From Chiloscyllium plagiosum (taxonomy: Eukaryota): DNA of 64,000 bases. The notes below the pieces were generated by a model, which saw nothing but the letters and a program-made list of their open reading frames with translations, made no database searches and was not told the DNA's origin. This document shows positions 35,031-48,680 of the stretch, in pieces (the first letter of the stretch is position 1; the number at the start of each line of letters is the position of its first letter). A program made the position numbers and the translations under genes. The stretch spans positions 50,274,579-50,338,578 of the forward strand of contig NC_057731.1 in assembly GCF_004010195.1 (NCBI RefSeq), given 5' to 3'.

Positions 35031-37589
35031 ATACTTGGCGATAGTCGCAATTGCATTTTTGAAATCCTTTAATTCATCCTTATTCCTACAATTATCTGGT
35101 GTACTAACTGCACATATACCAGCTAAAATTTACAGGCCAGCAATTGAGTGTAGTGCGAAATAATTGTTAGCTGTGAATACAGTAAGATAATCTCAGAGAC
35201 GTGTGTGATTATTTTTTATATAGAGAAAAGATCGAAGATGTAAAAAAATCTGTTTGGTTTTCTACCGTTTATTCTCTTGAGGTCACATATTACTCCACTC
35301 CTCCAGTTAAGAGATTATGGTTTCTTCAATGATAATGTATCTTCAGAATGCATTATAATAATAAAAACTATCATTATGAAGCATAATAATGTAGCAAGTG
35401 CTTGCAGATGACACTATAACAATATAGAACCCCCATTTTGCTCTGAATCTACACATATCAACATTGTACTATATCAAAAACCATGCAATAGAATTGAACA
35501 GAGGCAATGTTATTTTCCTCATTGTTGGTCAGTGTAGATCTTTTTGTAAATTTAAAAATCCTTCATCGAATCTAGAAATAAGCAAGAAGTATATGAGTTG
35601 ATCATTTCTGTAAACACACTTACGCCCTATAGGCCTAGTCTTGATCATTAGGCCTCTTGTGAGTTAAGTAGTTCAGAACGTTATAGAGTGCGAGTGGGCA
35701 GTAATAAAATGGACAGCAATACATCGACAGCGATACAATGGACGGCGATAAATTGGTCATTGATACAAGAGACAGTAATACAAGGATCCTGTATATAGAA
35801 TTTTATGTGCAATTAAATCCTCCCCCGGCAAAATGGGCAATTTAGCAAAACGCTTCACTCTGTGAAAAGTGACACGCGCACTTTGTCAGAATAAAAGAAC
35901 TTGCGCAATTAACTTGGGAAAATTAGTCCCCTTCAATTTTAATTTTCCTCCTCTCGGTATTTCCTCCTGCTTGCTGCACCACGAAAGGAATCCAATCTGC
36001 CGTTTAATTTATTGGAATGTAGGAGGTATCGATGAAATGTCGAATGCAGCTGTACAGGGTGCTCACAACACTTTCTAGATGCTGTAGGGAAATGGATACA
36101 TGAAGAGTACGTTGGAAATTGCAGTTTTGTTATACGATTGTATAACATTGGGAGAGAGTCCACTGATATCGGAGGTATGCTGGCGAGAAGTCTTTTATTG
36201 CCCCACCTGTGAGTTACAGGCATTTTCTATCTTCAGTTCTGGGGCGGGAGGGGATTTAACACTGACAAAGGTGGTTTAACTGAGATTGGTAAAGATTTAC
36301 AAAAAAAACAAATATTTGGGGAACTTCGTCATTAGGTAAGTGCAGTTACAGCGATATCACAGATCAGTAAAAGTCTTGTTTATCAAATAAAAGAAAGGAA
36401 GTGTCACTTAAAACACCAATTATATAACACGCTCTTTCCACTTCATTCATAACAACCACCATCAAGCTTCATAGAACTGCTTACATTCTACAGCTCTTGA
36501 AAACTCGAGATTAGCGTTATCTCTGCAGGAACTTCTAGTTTTGAACAGTGCCGGTCGCGTAAACATACGAAATATCAATCACGAAGTAATTGTGTTACGG
36601 GCTGGTTACAATTGCATTGCTCTCCCTCTCATTACATTTAACTTTCATCTATGAAGACGCAAGAAACGACATGAATATCTAAATTAAAATAAAACAGAAG
36701 CTGAATTTATTCTGGGGGAGGGGGATCATGCTGGTCTGTTGAGCAAATAAACTCATCTAAATTTAAATTGTTGAATTGTCCACGCCTCACCTAAACTCCG
36801 AAGCAAATCTCCAAGCGCCCCTATATTTTTCTCTCTTCAGTTTACATTTGGGGCCTCCGCATCTCACTTTCCTTTAAGTTTCAAGTGAGTTGAAATCAGA
36901 TGTAGCTGGCGATTCGAGGGCTCATTACCCAATTCCTGGTTTTTCGATTTTGTAAATAATATTTAAATGCGAATTTATTGAACTGCTGTTTTAAAACAAA
37001 TTATCTGTTCGCTTCATGGCCGAAACGAGATGTATGAAATCTGATTCATACCTTTGGTGCGAAAACGAACGCGTTACGTTGTTACCTCCGAAATGAATGA
37101 TTTCACTAAACTGGCGCTCAGTGAAATTAATTTGGTCAAGGGGTTTCTCTTTAGGCCAATTAACACAACGTAACTAATTACTTCTCAACTGAAACCTGCA
37201 ATACTGTGTTAAATCTGGAGGGAAAATCTGAGAATTGATGCATTCCTGCTATTAGCGATTCTTAAAAGTCTTGCGGATCTCAGACAACGCAATTGGAATT
37301 TTTTTGCAATCGGGAGAAACGAGAGATTATAGAACTGGATATTTCAAGGAACAAAAAATGGGGAAATTTGATTAAAGATATGATTGAATCAATAATTCAC
37401 TCATTAATTTTCATTTCGCCAATAATTAAATCCACATCATGAATTCTTTTTAGGCCAATTCCGTTATTCATCGCCTCCGCATTGTCGGTTTTTGCTCTAA
37501 CTGCTTTCACTTGTGATTTGTTTTTAAAATGAGATGTGAATTGCATCGTCTGCCTTGCGCCGACTGCAAACTCGCCAGGCACAGAGAGT

Positions 37590-37690
37590 GAAACAAAAAC
37601 ATAATTTACAGGGTAAGCTCAGCAGGTCTGGCAGCATTTGCGTAGAGAGAAACGAAATTAACGTTTCCAATCCAGAATTCTTCAGAAGTG
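37590..37690 (+). mobile_element. PLE family B terminal fragment
   Basis: ctcagcaggtctggcagcatttgcgtagagagaaacgaaattaacgtttc. Confidence 0.65.
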
Positions 37691-40600
37691 ACAGTGAACG
37701 GACATGGTCTCACGTTGTGCCTCTGCTTCCCCAGCTCCCGGCGCTTAAACAGAACCAGGAGCTTAGAACTTCATGTTTTGGGCACATTCCCAGAAAAGCA
37801 AGAGTGAACTTGCCTCGCGGTCCCTCCCAGTTGAATATCGATAACGCACGAGTGAAGTTTTGTTCACTCAATTTACCTCCTAAAGCTTTAGTTAATACTC
37901 AACAAAGTGAAATTAAACTGATGGGCTTGAAATTGAAGAGGAAAGGATATCTAGCGGATGTTCATCGCTGCATTTTTAGGCATATCGTTTAAAGAAGTGA
38001 TGAAAAAATGTTTCATTCGTCATACAATTTTGCATCGCCTACTTGTAAAACCATAACAGAGCACGTGGCAGGACATCAGAGGGAAATTTATGTTGTTACA
38101 TGGTTCTTCGATCACTTACTTACAAAGGAGAGAATTGAAAGCAATCATTTGAACGAAGCGAACCTAGTTAAACTCTCATAACAAACAAGAAATATGATTT
38201 AATCATGACTTTCTGAAGAGGGATGGCTGCAGTTTCCTATTAATTTCAGAGGGAAAATTATATTTCAACAACCTATATCTCTTTCGCAGATCTCCCTTTA
38301 AATTGGCAGGTAATTGAATTATTAAAATGACGGTTGGCAGTTTCGCTGTCAGACGTGCAAGTTATAAACACATTTAAAACATTACTTTTGTAATTTGGTA
38401 CAGGAGTCATTTCCCGACGTCTATCGAACATCCACTGTTTTGGAAATAAAGGCGAGTTTTGATTCTGAGTACGTTGGAATCTGCTCCAGAGCTACAAGAA
38501 GAAATTAATATCATTTCAAATTTTGTCAGAGATGTAAACAGAGGATGAAATAGAGAGAACCAATCGTTACAGATGAAGAAGCAATCGACCATTCAGCCCA
38601 TCGCTGTGTGCTGTTTCAGTGAACTTCTATTATTTCTCAATGAAGCCTGCAACTCATCCGTATTTACATATACAGGAGGTTAACGCTCCTTTGCAACACA
38701 CAACTATATTTTTACAACACCGCTTTTTTGACTGCACGAACTCACCTGATGATTATTTCCATTTCCGAAGCATTTTAAATATAAAATTCCGGCATTAATT
38801 TGAAACTAGTATGTTAATTTGCTGACATGTTGTTATCAGATTAACTAATTTAACCACGCATTTCAAATTTAAGCATACCAAATATTTTGCATCCATTCGT
38901 TCTACTGATGCAAACAAAATTTGTCCGATATAATTCTTCGTGTGTAGTAGCAATGTTCACACGCAATAACTTGTATCGTTCTGTCTCTGTTTCTCCGTTA
39001 GAATTAACAATTAATCAGGTTGCTGCCAAAATGGACGTCAAATTTTAACGCAAAGTTCGAAACAAAAATTATCCAATATTTGAATGTGATATTTGAGTTC
39101 ATTCAAAATTATTATTATAATGTGCCATGTATATAACCCTTTCCCCAAAATAAATTATTGCTGTTTTGCAATTCACCAAACAGGAGAGCAAACTGCTAAG
39201 AGTGTATCATTATTGTACAATCTCTATTGTCTGTACTTGTCTTTAAAGGTCTATCATCTCTGGTTTATTAATACCTTATCAAGTGAAAGGCACCCATCTT
39301 TCCCAATTAAAATTCCGACAGCAAACAGCGCCGGCGGTGTCGGCCGATATGATCTGACACTATCGGGGCGCTGACTTTCCGCTCTGCAGCAACTGTCGAA
39401 TGGTCGGAGATTACCGAGACCCTCCAGATACTGGAGAGGGACGGGAGTTAAAGAGAGAAGCAGTTAAGCGACCTTTAAACATCCCTTTCAAAACTAAAAG
39501 ATAGCGAGAGCTGCAGATAACACAATCGCCAAGTGCGCCCAGGCAGCCTGCTAAATTTATACCCGTCCTTAATAGGTTAGTGGAGGAATAGCCGTCAGAG
39601 AAAAGGCAACTTTGGTGTGTTTACTGGAACCACGGTAATGGGCTTCCGGAGGCCTACTTTAATTCTACTGCACTTTGCACAAATTCTCCAGCTTCCTGCA
39701 GACTTAATAGCAACGCGCGCTCTGTTTCTGGTGCATTTAAATGCTACAGTGATATACATTTGTCCACCCGAAGATTCAAGGGCAACGATATGGACTGATG
39801 GGTTCAGGTTGAAACATTTCCATCTGGGCTTTGACTCCAGATCTTCAAACACAGTGACTAATAACTTCCATTTGAATCTCCGATGTTTGTTAGAAGCTCA
39901 TGATTAACGGGCGTTGTCTGAAATTGGTGCCTGGCCTTTGAGGAGAAAAATGTTTTAAAAATGCTACCGGCACAGTGTGGTAGAGGCTTAAACCACCCCC
40001 AACACATTGTTAATTCAAATAAATGTGATTGATCATTTGCATTGACCAAAGCGTTAAGGATCAGGAGGCTATGGAGTCTACTTACAGATCAACCACGATT
40101 AAATTTAAGCGCTAAATAGTTTCATTCTTTTCCTGTCTTTCTATTATCAGACTCCCTGGTAGGATGCTAAGCGAGGAAGGATGCAGAAAATGCAACCATT
40201 TGTACAGTAGAGAAAGGTCCCACGGCGACTAAAACTGGCAGGACGTACTAAGTATCGTCTTTGCAATTTGCGCCCAGGTGTGTAAGGAACAGCGGGACAG
40301 TAAATAGCAAATTGGCTGATTCAATCTTTGCGGCGTTAAAGGGATCTCTCTCTCTCTCTGAAAGCCCATGGAAGGCAATCCCTTTCCATAAACTTGCCAG
40401 CCCTATTCCCCTTCAACTCATCTGTCCAAACAGCATGACTGAAGATGTTTAAAATACTGGTTGTTTATCCTACGGATACTTGAGCATCCGGGGCCTTTAA
40501 TAGATTTTACTTTTTCTCCCCATCCCCCACCCCCACCCCCCACCCCATCCTCTTTTCTGGCTGTATAAACAAGTGTTGGCCTTGCCTCGTAATCGTCAAA

Positions 40601-42368
40601 GAGTCATAAATCACAGGGCGGTTTTTGCTGAGAAAATGACTGCGTTTCTCGTTGTCACGCGAATATAACTGGCTGTCAAGTTCTAAACCGCGAGGGAAAG
40701 GCTCTTATTCCGTTTTCGTAAACTTCCGAATTCTGCCCGTGCGCCTTTTGTTTGGATGTGTAGCAACTCAAGGCACTTAGGTCGCTCCCTGTTCGTCTGC
40801 AGCCTCCTCCCCTTCCCCCACTCCTCACAACCTCTCCCCAAATCGAGACGGCGATTCTCACTCCCTCTCTTTCAAAAAAAAAGTCATTAACCTTCATCTC
40901 TGCGTGTTTGTAAATAGCAAGCTCACCAAGTAACCCTCGCTATAGCAATGTTTCTCTGGACCTAGCTCCATGTGTCCACCTTAAGGGCGTCAGGGTTCAT
41001 ACATGGAGAAAGAATCTCGTTTTTAAGGTTATATTTATTGTATATACTTGTAGATGTGCACTCGTCTCGCAGAGTCCGATGTACTAAAGTTAGTCAGAAT
41101 TACATTTTATGATGATCTGACACAAGGAAAGTCACTTTCAGATGTGAAACATTTCTAAAAAGAAGTGACGAGAAACTATACAATTTCAAGTAGTTCGTAA
41201 TTCCATTATTTTTTACCTTTAATCTAGTTGCCTCATGCCCACTCAGTATCAGTATTCGCACAAGAATCTTATAATATAGGGGAATATATTCAGATAAATT
41301 AACTGCATTTCGCCTTGACTCATTCTAGGCACCCACACTTGTTAAATAAAACGTTCATTCTGAATGCTAACGGATGCTATTTCCCAATTTTACAATATAC
41401 TTTTTTGTGTGTATATAATCCAGCAGCTAAACAATAGACGCGTTATCTTAAAAAATGTGAATAAAATAGTAAGGCTCAAGATACCGTTAACTGCGTTTCT
41501 ATTTGATTTCTCTTCCAATGCTGAGGGTTGTGGCAAATCGTCTCTTCATCAGAACAAGGTAGATTCCTCGTCTTTTCAGCCATCCCTACGGCATTTACAT
41601 GTATGCATGCTTTACCTGGCTCAGAGAGGAGAGCAGCAAAACAAAGAGAAACGCTACACCTGTCACACAGCCCGGCGCCAGTGCCAAATGCTTGGATGCT
41701 ACTGAGACTCCGGCAGAAGACAGCTTGATAATCCCCATCCGCTCGCCATCAACAATATCTTGTTTAGATTAAAGCTTCCACTCTCTTTCCAGCACTCCCA
41801 CTCCAGACTGTTAGTACAGACACCCAGCTTTTGTCTTTAAATGGAGAAATCGAGACTCAAGCCATTTTTTTTCCATGATGCAATACCCCGCTGGCGGACC
41901 ACAACTTAATACATCCTAAGATAAACAGGGAAGGGAAACTAAAGAAATCCCCCCCTCCGACCCCCACTCCCAACACCAGACCCCCCCCCCCCCCCACACA
42001 CACACCAATAAGACAATGTTCCGATTTAGAATGGTGGGGAGTGCAGCGATACACGCAAATGTATCAGCAGGTAAGGACACATTTAAAACAGCTATCTGTT
42101 ATAATACGTACACGGATAATATATTATTTATTAATAGAGTGTGTCGGAACGTTCAGTCTCTCTACTGTGGTGTCACGCTTATTCTTAAAACATTTCACCC
42201 GATTTTCTACTTCTATACGCGAGTTTTTTTTTCCCGAAGGCTAACGACCATGAACTAAAGTAAAATGACAGGAGGATGAAAATATGATTAACCGCCGAAT
42301 TTTCCCGCATCCATTCCGAATAGTACAGCGTTTCACAACAACCGTCTGACAGTGACTGTATGTTTTTG

Positions 42369-42503
42369 TGATTTGGAGGTGCCAGTGTTGGACTGGGGTG
42401 TACAAAGTTAAATCAGATGAAGGAGCGACGCTCCGAAAGCTAGTGTGCTTCCAATTTAACCTGTTGGACTATAACCTGGTGTTGTGTGATTTTTAACTTT
42501 GTA
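42369..42503. mobile_element. PLE family C short fold-back
   Basis: tgatttggag..tacaaagttaa joined to cagatgaaggagcgacgctccgaaagctag..ctggtgttgtgtgatttttaactttgta. Confidence 0.8.
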
Positions 42504-44281
42504 TTTTTTTAAACAACAACAAAGAGACTCACATTCATTTTGAAGAAGTTTGTGCAAGTTCAAACGGCATTTAAACGGTATAATAGAACAATATCTTGTA
42601 TTTATATCACGGTGTTTATCGAGATTTAAGCAGATTGCACGCAGTAAACATGTCGCGCTTTTTTATGTATGGAGCGTTTTGTATGCAGGAGGACAGCGGC
42701 ATTGTGATTAGTGCCTACATTGGTTTAAACAATCGAATACCAGCTGCTTTAAAAAAAAACGCCGGAAGCACTTGTCGCGATGGATTTAAGATTGGGCATA
42801 TGGGCTCCGAAATTTGGTTTTGGAAATATGTGCCAAAACAAAACCGATGGCATGTAACCTGCAGGATCGCTATAAATCAAACCGAGGGGATGGTTTAGAG
42901 AGACACTATTTGTTCACGAGACGATTGTTTTTAAGTGGACTCACGTCCATTAATCTTTTCTTTTATTCGCCCACCATTACAACAACCAAAACAAAAACCA
43001 GTCGGATATGAAGTTACTCTACCAGGATCTGTCCGAGCTATATAACAAGAGACGTTACAAGCAAGTTGTATTTATGGCGCTGAACAAATAAGACGTTCAG
43101 ATCCAAATGGGCAGCTACTTCCTAACAAAGGAAATGTCTTTTCTTTAAAGAAACCTTATTAAACACAGAAACATATAATTGTTCATGTTTCACTGACTAT
43201 AAAGTGTCCCAATATGATACACCTCTCAAACTCACTACATGCCACACTCCAGGTTAACCAGAGAAATCATTTATTCAAATACTGGATGTTCCCTCAGCAG
43301 TTCACATTTTCTTTGTCCAGCTTCAAAATTTCGAGAGAAGCAGCATTTTAAAATGAATAAATCAAATTTCAAAAACAGGCGCTGGTTTTCTGTCATCCCA
43401 GATCAGCGCATCTACACTCAGATGCATCTTTAGGAAGGGTGCAGCCCGGCGGGAGGTATCTTTGGAACTCATTAATACATATTAACAAAGATCCATAGTT
43501 GGTATTTCTATGTGGCGCAGTGCTGTAAATCAGACAGCAACAGTATCATTCACCCTATTGCTGAGCCCTGAACAAGGTTAACATAAATATGTCATTTTAA
43601 AAGAAAAACATACGTATTATCTTGATACACAACTCGAAGCATTCATGCTGTCGAAGACAATAGTTAGTCCAGAGAATTTATGGTGGGACTTCGCATGTTT
43701 AGTCCATGTAGCAATGAAAAGTAATAAAACCCAGTTTACTGAGTCTGAGGAATCGCATGCTGAATTTGTGTCCATATTTACCTTTTACTCTTTCGATTAA
43801 ATACATTGTTTCTTTTTTTTCCTCAGTATTCTGGTTCTTTTCGGTATTATTCTGGAGAAAGTCCCTGGATTTCGAAGTCTTCTGGAAACTAGAGATGGTG
43901 ATTTAAAGCTCAAGGAGTCAACAGCTAAAACTTAGCTTCGCAGGGACAAAGGATACTCTTCAGCTTCGAAATCTTAACAAACCGAAAGTTTTATTGTCTG
44001 TGCGCCGTGCTTACTGACAATGTAGGGGACACAACTGTCAGTTTTCGCCCTCTACCTTACGGTGCTCCTTTACACAGCCCTACTCTCTTTCAAATCAAAC
44101 GCCCGGAGCCGCTCCACCTTTAAAGTATATCTTTTTTTTCTCTTTTTCAATTAAAGTGGGCCAATAAAATGTAAATATAAAGTGGACTGGCAAATTACGA
44201 AGGAACTCAAATGCTTGTTAAAAAAAAAACAAAACGGAGAGCAATACAGTTCAGGTCCAGTTTGTATGACAATGATTAGGC

Positions 44282-44495
44282 GAAAGTGAGGACTGCAGAT
44301 GCTGGAGATCAGAGTCAAGATTAGAGAGATGCTGGAAATGCACAGCATATCAGGCAGCATCCGAGGAGCAGGAAAATCGACGTTTCGGGCAAAAGCTCTT
44401 CATCGGGAATGAAGGGCTTTTGCCCGAAACGTCGATTTTCCTGCTCCTCGGATGCTGCCTGACCTGCTGTGTTTATCCAGCACCACTATAATCTT
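44282..44495. mobile_element. PLE family A fold-back with probable target-site duplication
   Basis: Inverted arms of about 85 bp (44317-44403 / 44409-44495), flanked by ACAATGATTAG (44269) and ACAATGTTTAG (44497). Confidence 0.85.
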
Positions 44496-44954
44496 AACAA
44501 TGTTTAGAACAAGGTAACGATTGGGGCGTATATTCTGGGGGGTAAAATCGCGATGAGATGTTACAAATGAGCAATTGGACTTGATAACTTTGCTCTAATT
44601 TCAGCGAATGTTAAATTTCTGCTGCGTGTTCTGTTTGAACCTAAAAGAGGAGTATATATGATTGCAAGGGTCACATAGAGACTGATCTGAAGAAGTGGAT
44701 AGACAGGAACTATCCAAATCTCTGATGGTTTAACTCGCCTCTGTCAAGGTGAACTCATGGTAACAACTCTGTGACAACATTCATCAAATTACGTTTGAAG
44801 ATCTATTAACAGCTGGAATATGCACAGTTTTTAAAAAAATATATACAACACTCAAATATTTGGTTACTATAGGGGCCTATTTTAACTTTCACTTGTAAAG
44901 TCAATGTGGAATTTTTTGAAGCGCCATTAAAAATCGTGTTTAAATGATTGATCG

Positions 44955-45650
44955 AATTATTTATTGTCACCTGTACCGAAGTACAGTGAAAAGCTTCGTT
45001 TACCAGCAGTACAGGCAGATCATAGCAAGCAAGGATGTACAGATCAAAAAGACTTAGGCAAAGGCATACAGTTTACATTGCAACAGGGAGTGTGCCCGGC
45101 GAGATCAACAATAGTAAAATCAACATTATTTGAGGCTAAAGAGTCCATTCATCAGTCTATTAACAGTGGGGAAGAAATTGTTCAAGCTTCTGTATCTTTT
45201 GCCTTACGCAAGAGGTTGTAGGAGATTATTACCGGGTTGCGTTGAGTCTTTGATGATGTTGGCAGCTTTTCCACGCAGCGAGCCGTGTAAATGGAGCCCA
45301 TGAATGGAATGTTGGCTTCTGTGATGGTCTGGGCTGTGCACACCACCTTCTGTAGTTCCTTACAGTCCTGGGCAGAGCAGTTGCAGTACAGGCCATTATG
45401 CACCCGGATAGTATGCTCTCAATGATGCATCTGTAGAAGTTGGCGAGGGTCCTTATGGACATGCCAAATTTCGTGAGCCATCCGAGGAAGAGTTGTTGTA
45501 CCTTCTTCACCATCGCATCTACCTGGGAAGTCCAGCACAGGTTGTCGGTTATCCTCAGTCTGAGGAATGCGACGCCCTCCACCCTCTTAACCTCAGTTCT
45601 ATAGATTGAGATGGGGGCATGTCCTCCTTCTTCCTTTCTGAGGTCAATTA
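44955..45650 (-). mobile_element. Rex1/Babar LINE 3' end
   Basis: ELIDLRK..HAPISI..VKRVE..FL.L.ITDNLCW..VKK.QQ..KFGMS..LANFYRCIIESILSGCI is a Rex1-type C-terminal domain, followed by its 3' UTR. Confidence 0.8.
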
Positions 45651-46671
45651 ATTCAATCAAAGCATCATATAATGGGATGGCTGTGCTGTCAATAATGTGA
45701 ACAGATATTCAGTCAGTTGTACTTGAAAAAATGCCAGGGCAGCGTCACGGAAAGGAGATAGTAACTAGTGGGAGGGCCAATGCTCTCTTCTCTAGTGCAG
45801 CTATGGGATGGCCGATGATTCCCGAGCGCACAAACCACAAACAAAAACGTTTTCAGGAAATCACCGTATTGTGCATAGAGGGACTTGCGCCTGTAAGCTC
45901 GCCCGAGAGAAACCAGAAACCCCCCAAAGTCCGACTTGGTAATCTTGCTCCACTGCATTCGTAGCCAATGCTTGTTCATCATTTTACTCTCCCAATCACT
46001 TTTCTTTACCCAATTGCTGTGTAGCAATCATTCGCTTGAAGTAGCAACAGTACGTTTTCGGTATGGGGGTGGGGGTGCGGTGGGGGGAGTTGATATTGCC
46101 AGAGAAATCTTAAAAGGATCCTTTAATGGGAACGTTCCAGCGTCTCGTCCGTATTAGAATGTCGCGATGTTCAGGAGCAAGACGATAAGATTCCCCGCGA
46201 AGCAAGTCATATTGGCTACTACATTGTTCATCCTCGTGTGTTTCGATGTAATTGATTCTAGCTGTTCTGAAGATGGGTCACTGGACCTGAAACCTTAACT
46301 CTTGCTTTCTCTCCACACATGCTGAGTTATTCCAGCAATTTCTAATTTTGTATCTAAGTTTTTATCATGAGCTGTGTGGGATACATAAACGTATGCAAGG
46401 TGATAGGGACCAGTGAATAACCTGAGTAACAAACACTTTCCAGGACCGAGTGCGAAGAGTCGTTTGCTTCTGGATTTTGTACTCCATTCGCTTCTGGAAG
46501 ACCCTCGGAGAAGGGGAGCGGATGGCCTTTTTGCGCATGTTCGTGGGATATTTGCAAGCTGCTCCCAACTCGCCTGCCACAGTATTTTACACCTTAGATT
46601 TTTTAAAAGAAAACTTTAAACTTACTTACTTTATCCCGGACATTGTAAGACTATCTCATAGCGAAATATAT

Positions 46672-47120
46672 CGAGTCATTGTGATGTGCAGCACGAAAAC
46701 AGACCCTTCGTTCCAACTCGTCCATGCCAACCAGGTATCCTAAATTAATCTAATCCCATTTGCCAGCACTTGACCCATATCCCTCTAAACAATTTCTATT
46801 CATATACCCATCCAGATGCCTTTTAAGTGTTGCAATTGTACCAGCCTCCACCACTTCCTCTGGCAATTCATTCCATACACTCACCACCCTTTGCGTGAAA
46901 ATGTTGTCCCTTAGGTCTCTTTTATAACTTTCCCCTCTCACCCTAAACTATGCCCTCTAGTTATGTACTCCCCCACCCCACCTTGCCCATTTACCCTATT
47001 CATGTGATTTTATAAACCTCTATAAGGTCAACCCCCAACACTCCAGGGAAAACAGCCCCAGCCTATTTAGCCTCTCCCTGTAGCTCCACCCCTCCAACCC
47101 TGGCAACATACTTGCAAATC
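46672..47120 (-). mobile_element. CR1 (HER1-like) LINE 3' end
   Basis: RGESYKRDLRDNIFTQRVVSVWNELPEEVVEAGTIATLKRHLDGYM followed by a typical tail. Confidence 0.9.
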
Positions 47121-47339
47121 TATATGATGACAGCACATTTCACGATATGATTTGTTTGGAGACCAGTTACCACTCTCATTGGTTATGTGAAGGCCTTACT
47201 GGATTTTCTCTGTGATAGGTGGCTATATTAAGTGCGTTCATTATTTACATAAAGCACATTATGGGCTTACATTTGCATGGTCCTGGATACGACCGATTGA
47301 CATATCATAAAACAACACCAGCTTTTATTTATATGGTGC

Positions 47340-48400
47340 CTTTAACGGTATTTTTTAAATTTTCAAGCAGCTTCTCAAGAACATTAGCAAGCACAACATT
47401 AACACCCAGTTAGATCTGATGATATGAAGGCAGGTGGTCAAAATGTTAGTTTCCAGGATAGCCTTCATGGATGAACACGAGGTAGAGCAGTGGAGAGGTT
47501 TAGGGAAGGAATTCCAGAACATAAACCAACCAACTGAAAGCATGGCCACCAATAGCACAATTATTAAACCGGAGATGCACAAGAGGCCAGACATCAGGGT
47601 TTTTGGTGGTGCAGTCATAGTGTCCCTATCTCTGAGCCTGGAGGCCTGGATTTAATTCCCACCTGTTCCAGAGATGTCTAATAACATCACTGAACAGCTT
47701 GACTAGGAAATATATCAAGAGACCAGACTTACAGGAGTGTAGATGCCTCCATGTGTTGACGGGCTGTGAGCGTCATAGAAATAGGAAGGGAGGCTATCAT
47801 GGAGCACGCGATTTTTAAAATCCGAGTTCCCTTAAATATCAGCCATTATAAGCCAGTGAGCACAGGGGTGATGAGTCAACAGGGCATAGACTGCTGAGTC
47901 TCCGGTGATCTCAAGGTATTGGAAAGTTGAACACAAAACTGACCAAAAATGCATTGGAATCGTCATTGTCTAAATGTAACAAAGACATAAATGAGTGTTT
48001 TAGCAGCAAAAGGGCTTGGGTAACGGGAGGGTCAGGTGATGTTCCAGAGGCTCATCCAAAGGGCAAATATGAAACTAAGATTGTGAGCAATCTGGTTGCA
48101 CCATAGGCCGTGGCAAGGAGAAAAACGAAGGTGGAAACTCAAGAATGGAGCTTCAGCCCTGGGATCAGTCGCTTGTCCCAGTGTTTAATTGGAGGAAGCT
48201 TCTGCTCATCAGTATTGAATGTTGAGAAAGCAGTCAGGCAACCCTGAGACAGCGGAGGGTTGAGAGGGATCATAGTGAAATCGGATTGGGTGTCTGCAGA
48301 AAACACGTGGCAACTGTTACTCTGGATCAGGTCAACTAGGTACAGCATGTAGTTAAGAAATTGGGCAAGACTAAGGGTTCACCCTTGAGGACATTGACTA
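47340..48400 (-). mobile_element. Highly decayed L2-like LINE (with a SINE at ~47600-47715)
   Basis: Purine-rich plus-strand pattern gtagagcagtggagaggtttagggaaggaattccagaac typical of L2 3' regions. No intact ORF. Confidence 0.5.
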
Positions 48401-48409
48401 CCCTGACAG

Positions 48410-48680
48410 ATATTTACTAACCAACCTGATTATAACACACCTCGAGAGAACGTGAGACCTAAATCCAGACTTCCCACACCAGAGGTAGGGACAGTACCAT
48501 TGCACCACAAGAACTCTAGTACATTAACCATTATGGGATATGTTTTCTAATTAAGCTGTTCAGGGACCTTATGACACACCTCTGGAGAAGGTGGGACTTG
48601 AATCTAGGTCACCTGGCTCAGGGGTGGAGATACTGCCACTGCACCACAAAAGCCCAACCATACTAACCATTATGGTATGC
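48410..48680 (-). mobile_element. Two tandem short tRNA-derived SINE copies
   Basis: Minus strand TTGTGGTGCA(A/G)TGG..GT..CC.ACC.CTG..GG..TAGATTC..TCCCACCT..GAGGTGTGT occurs twice. Related copies at ~47600, ~54375-54495, ~55470-55595 and ~59560-59660. Confidence 0.65.
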
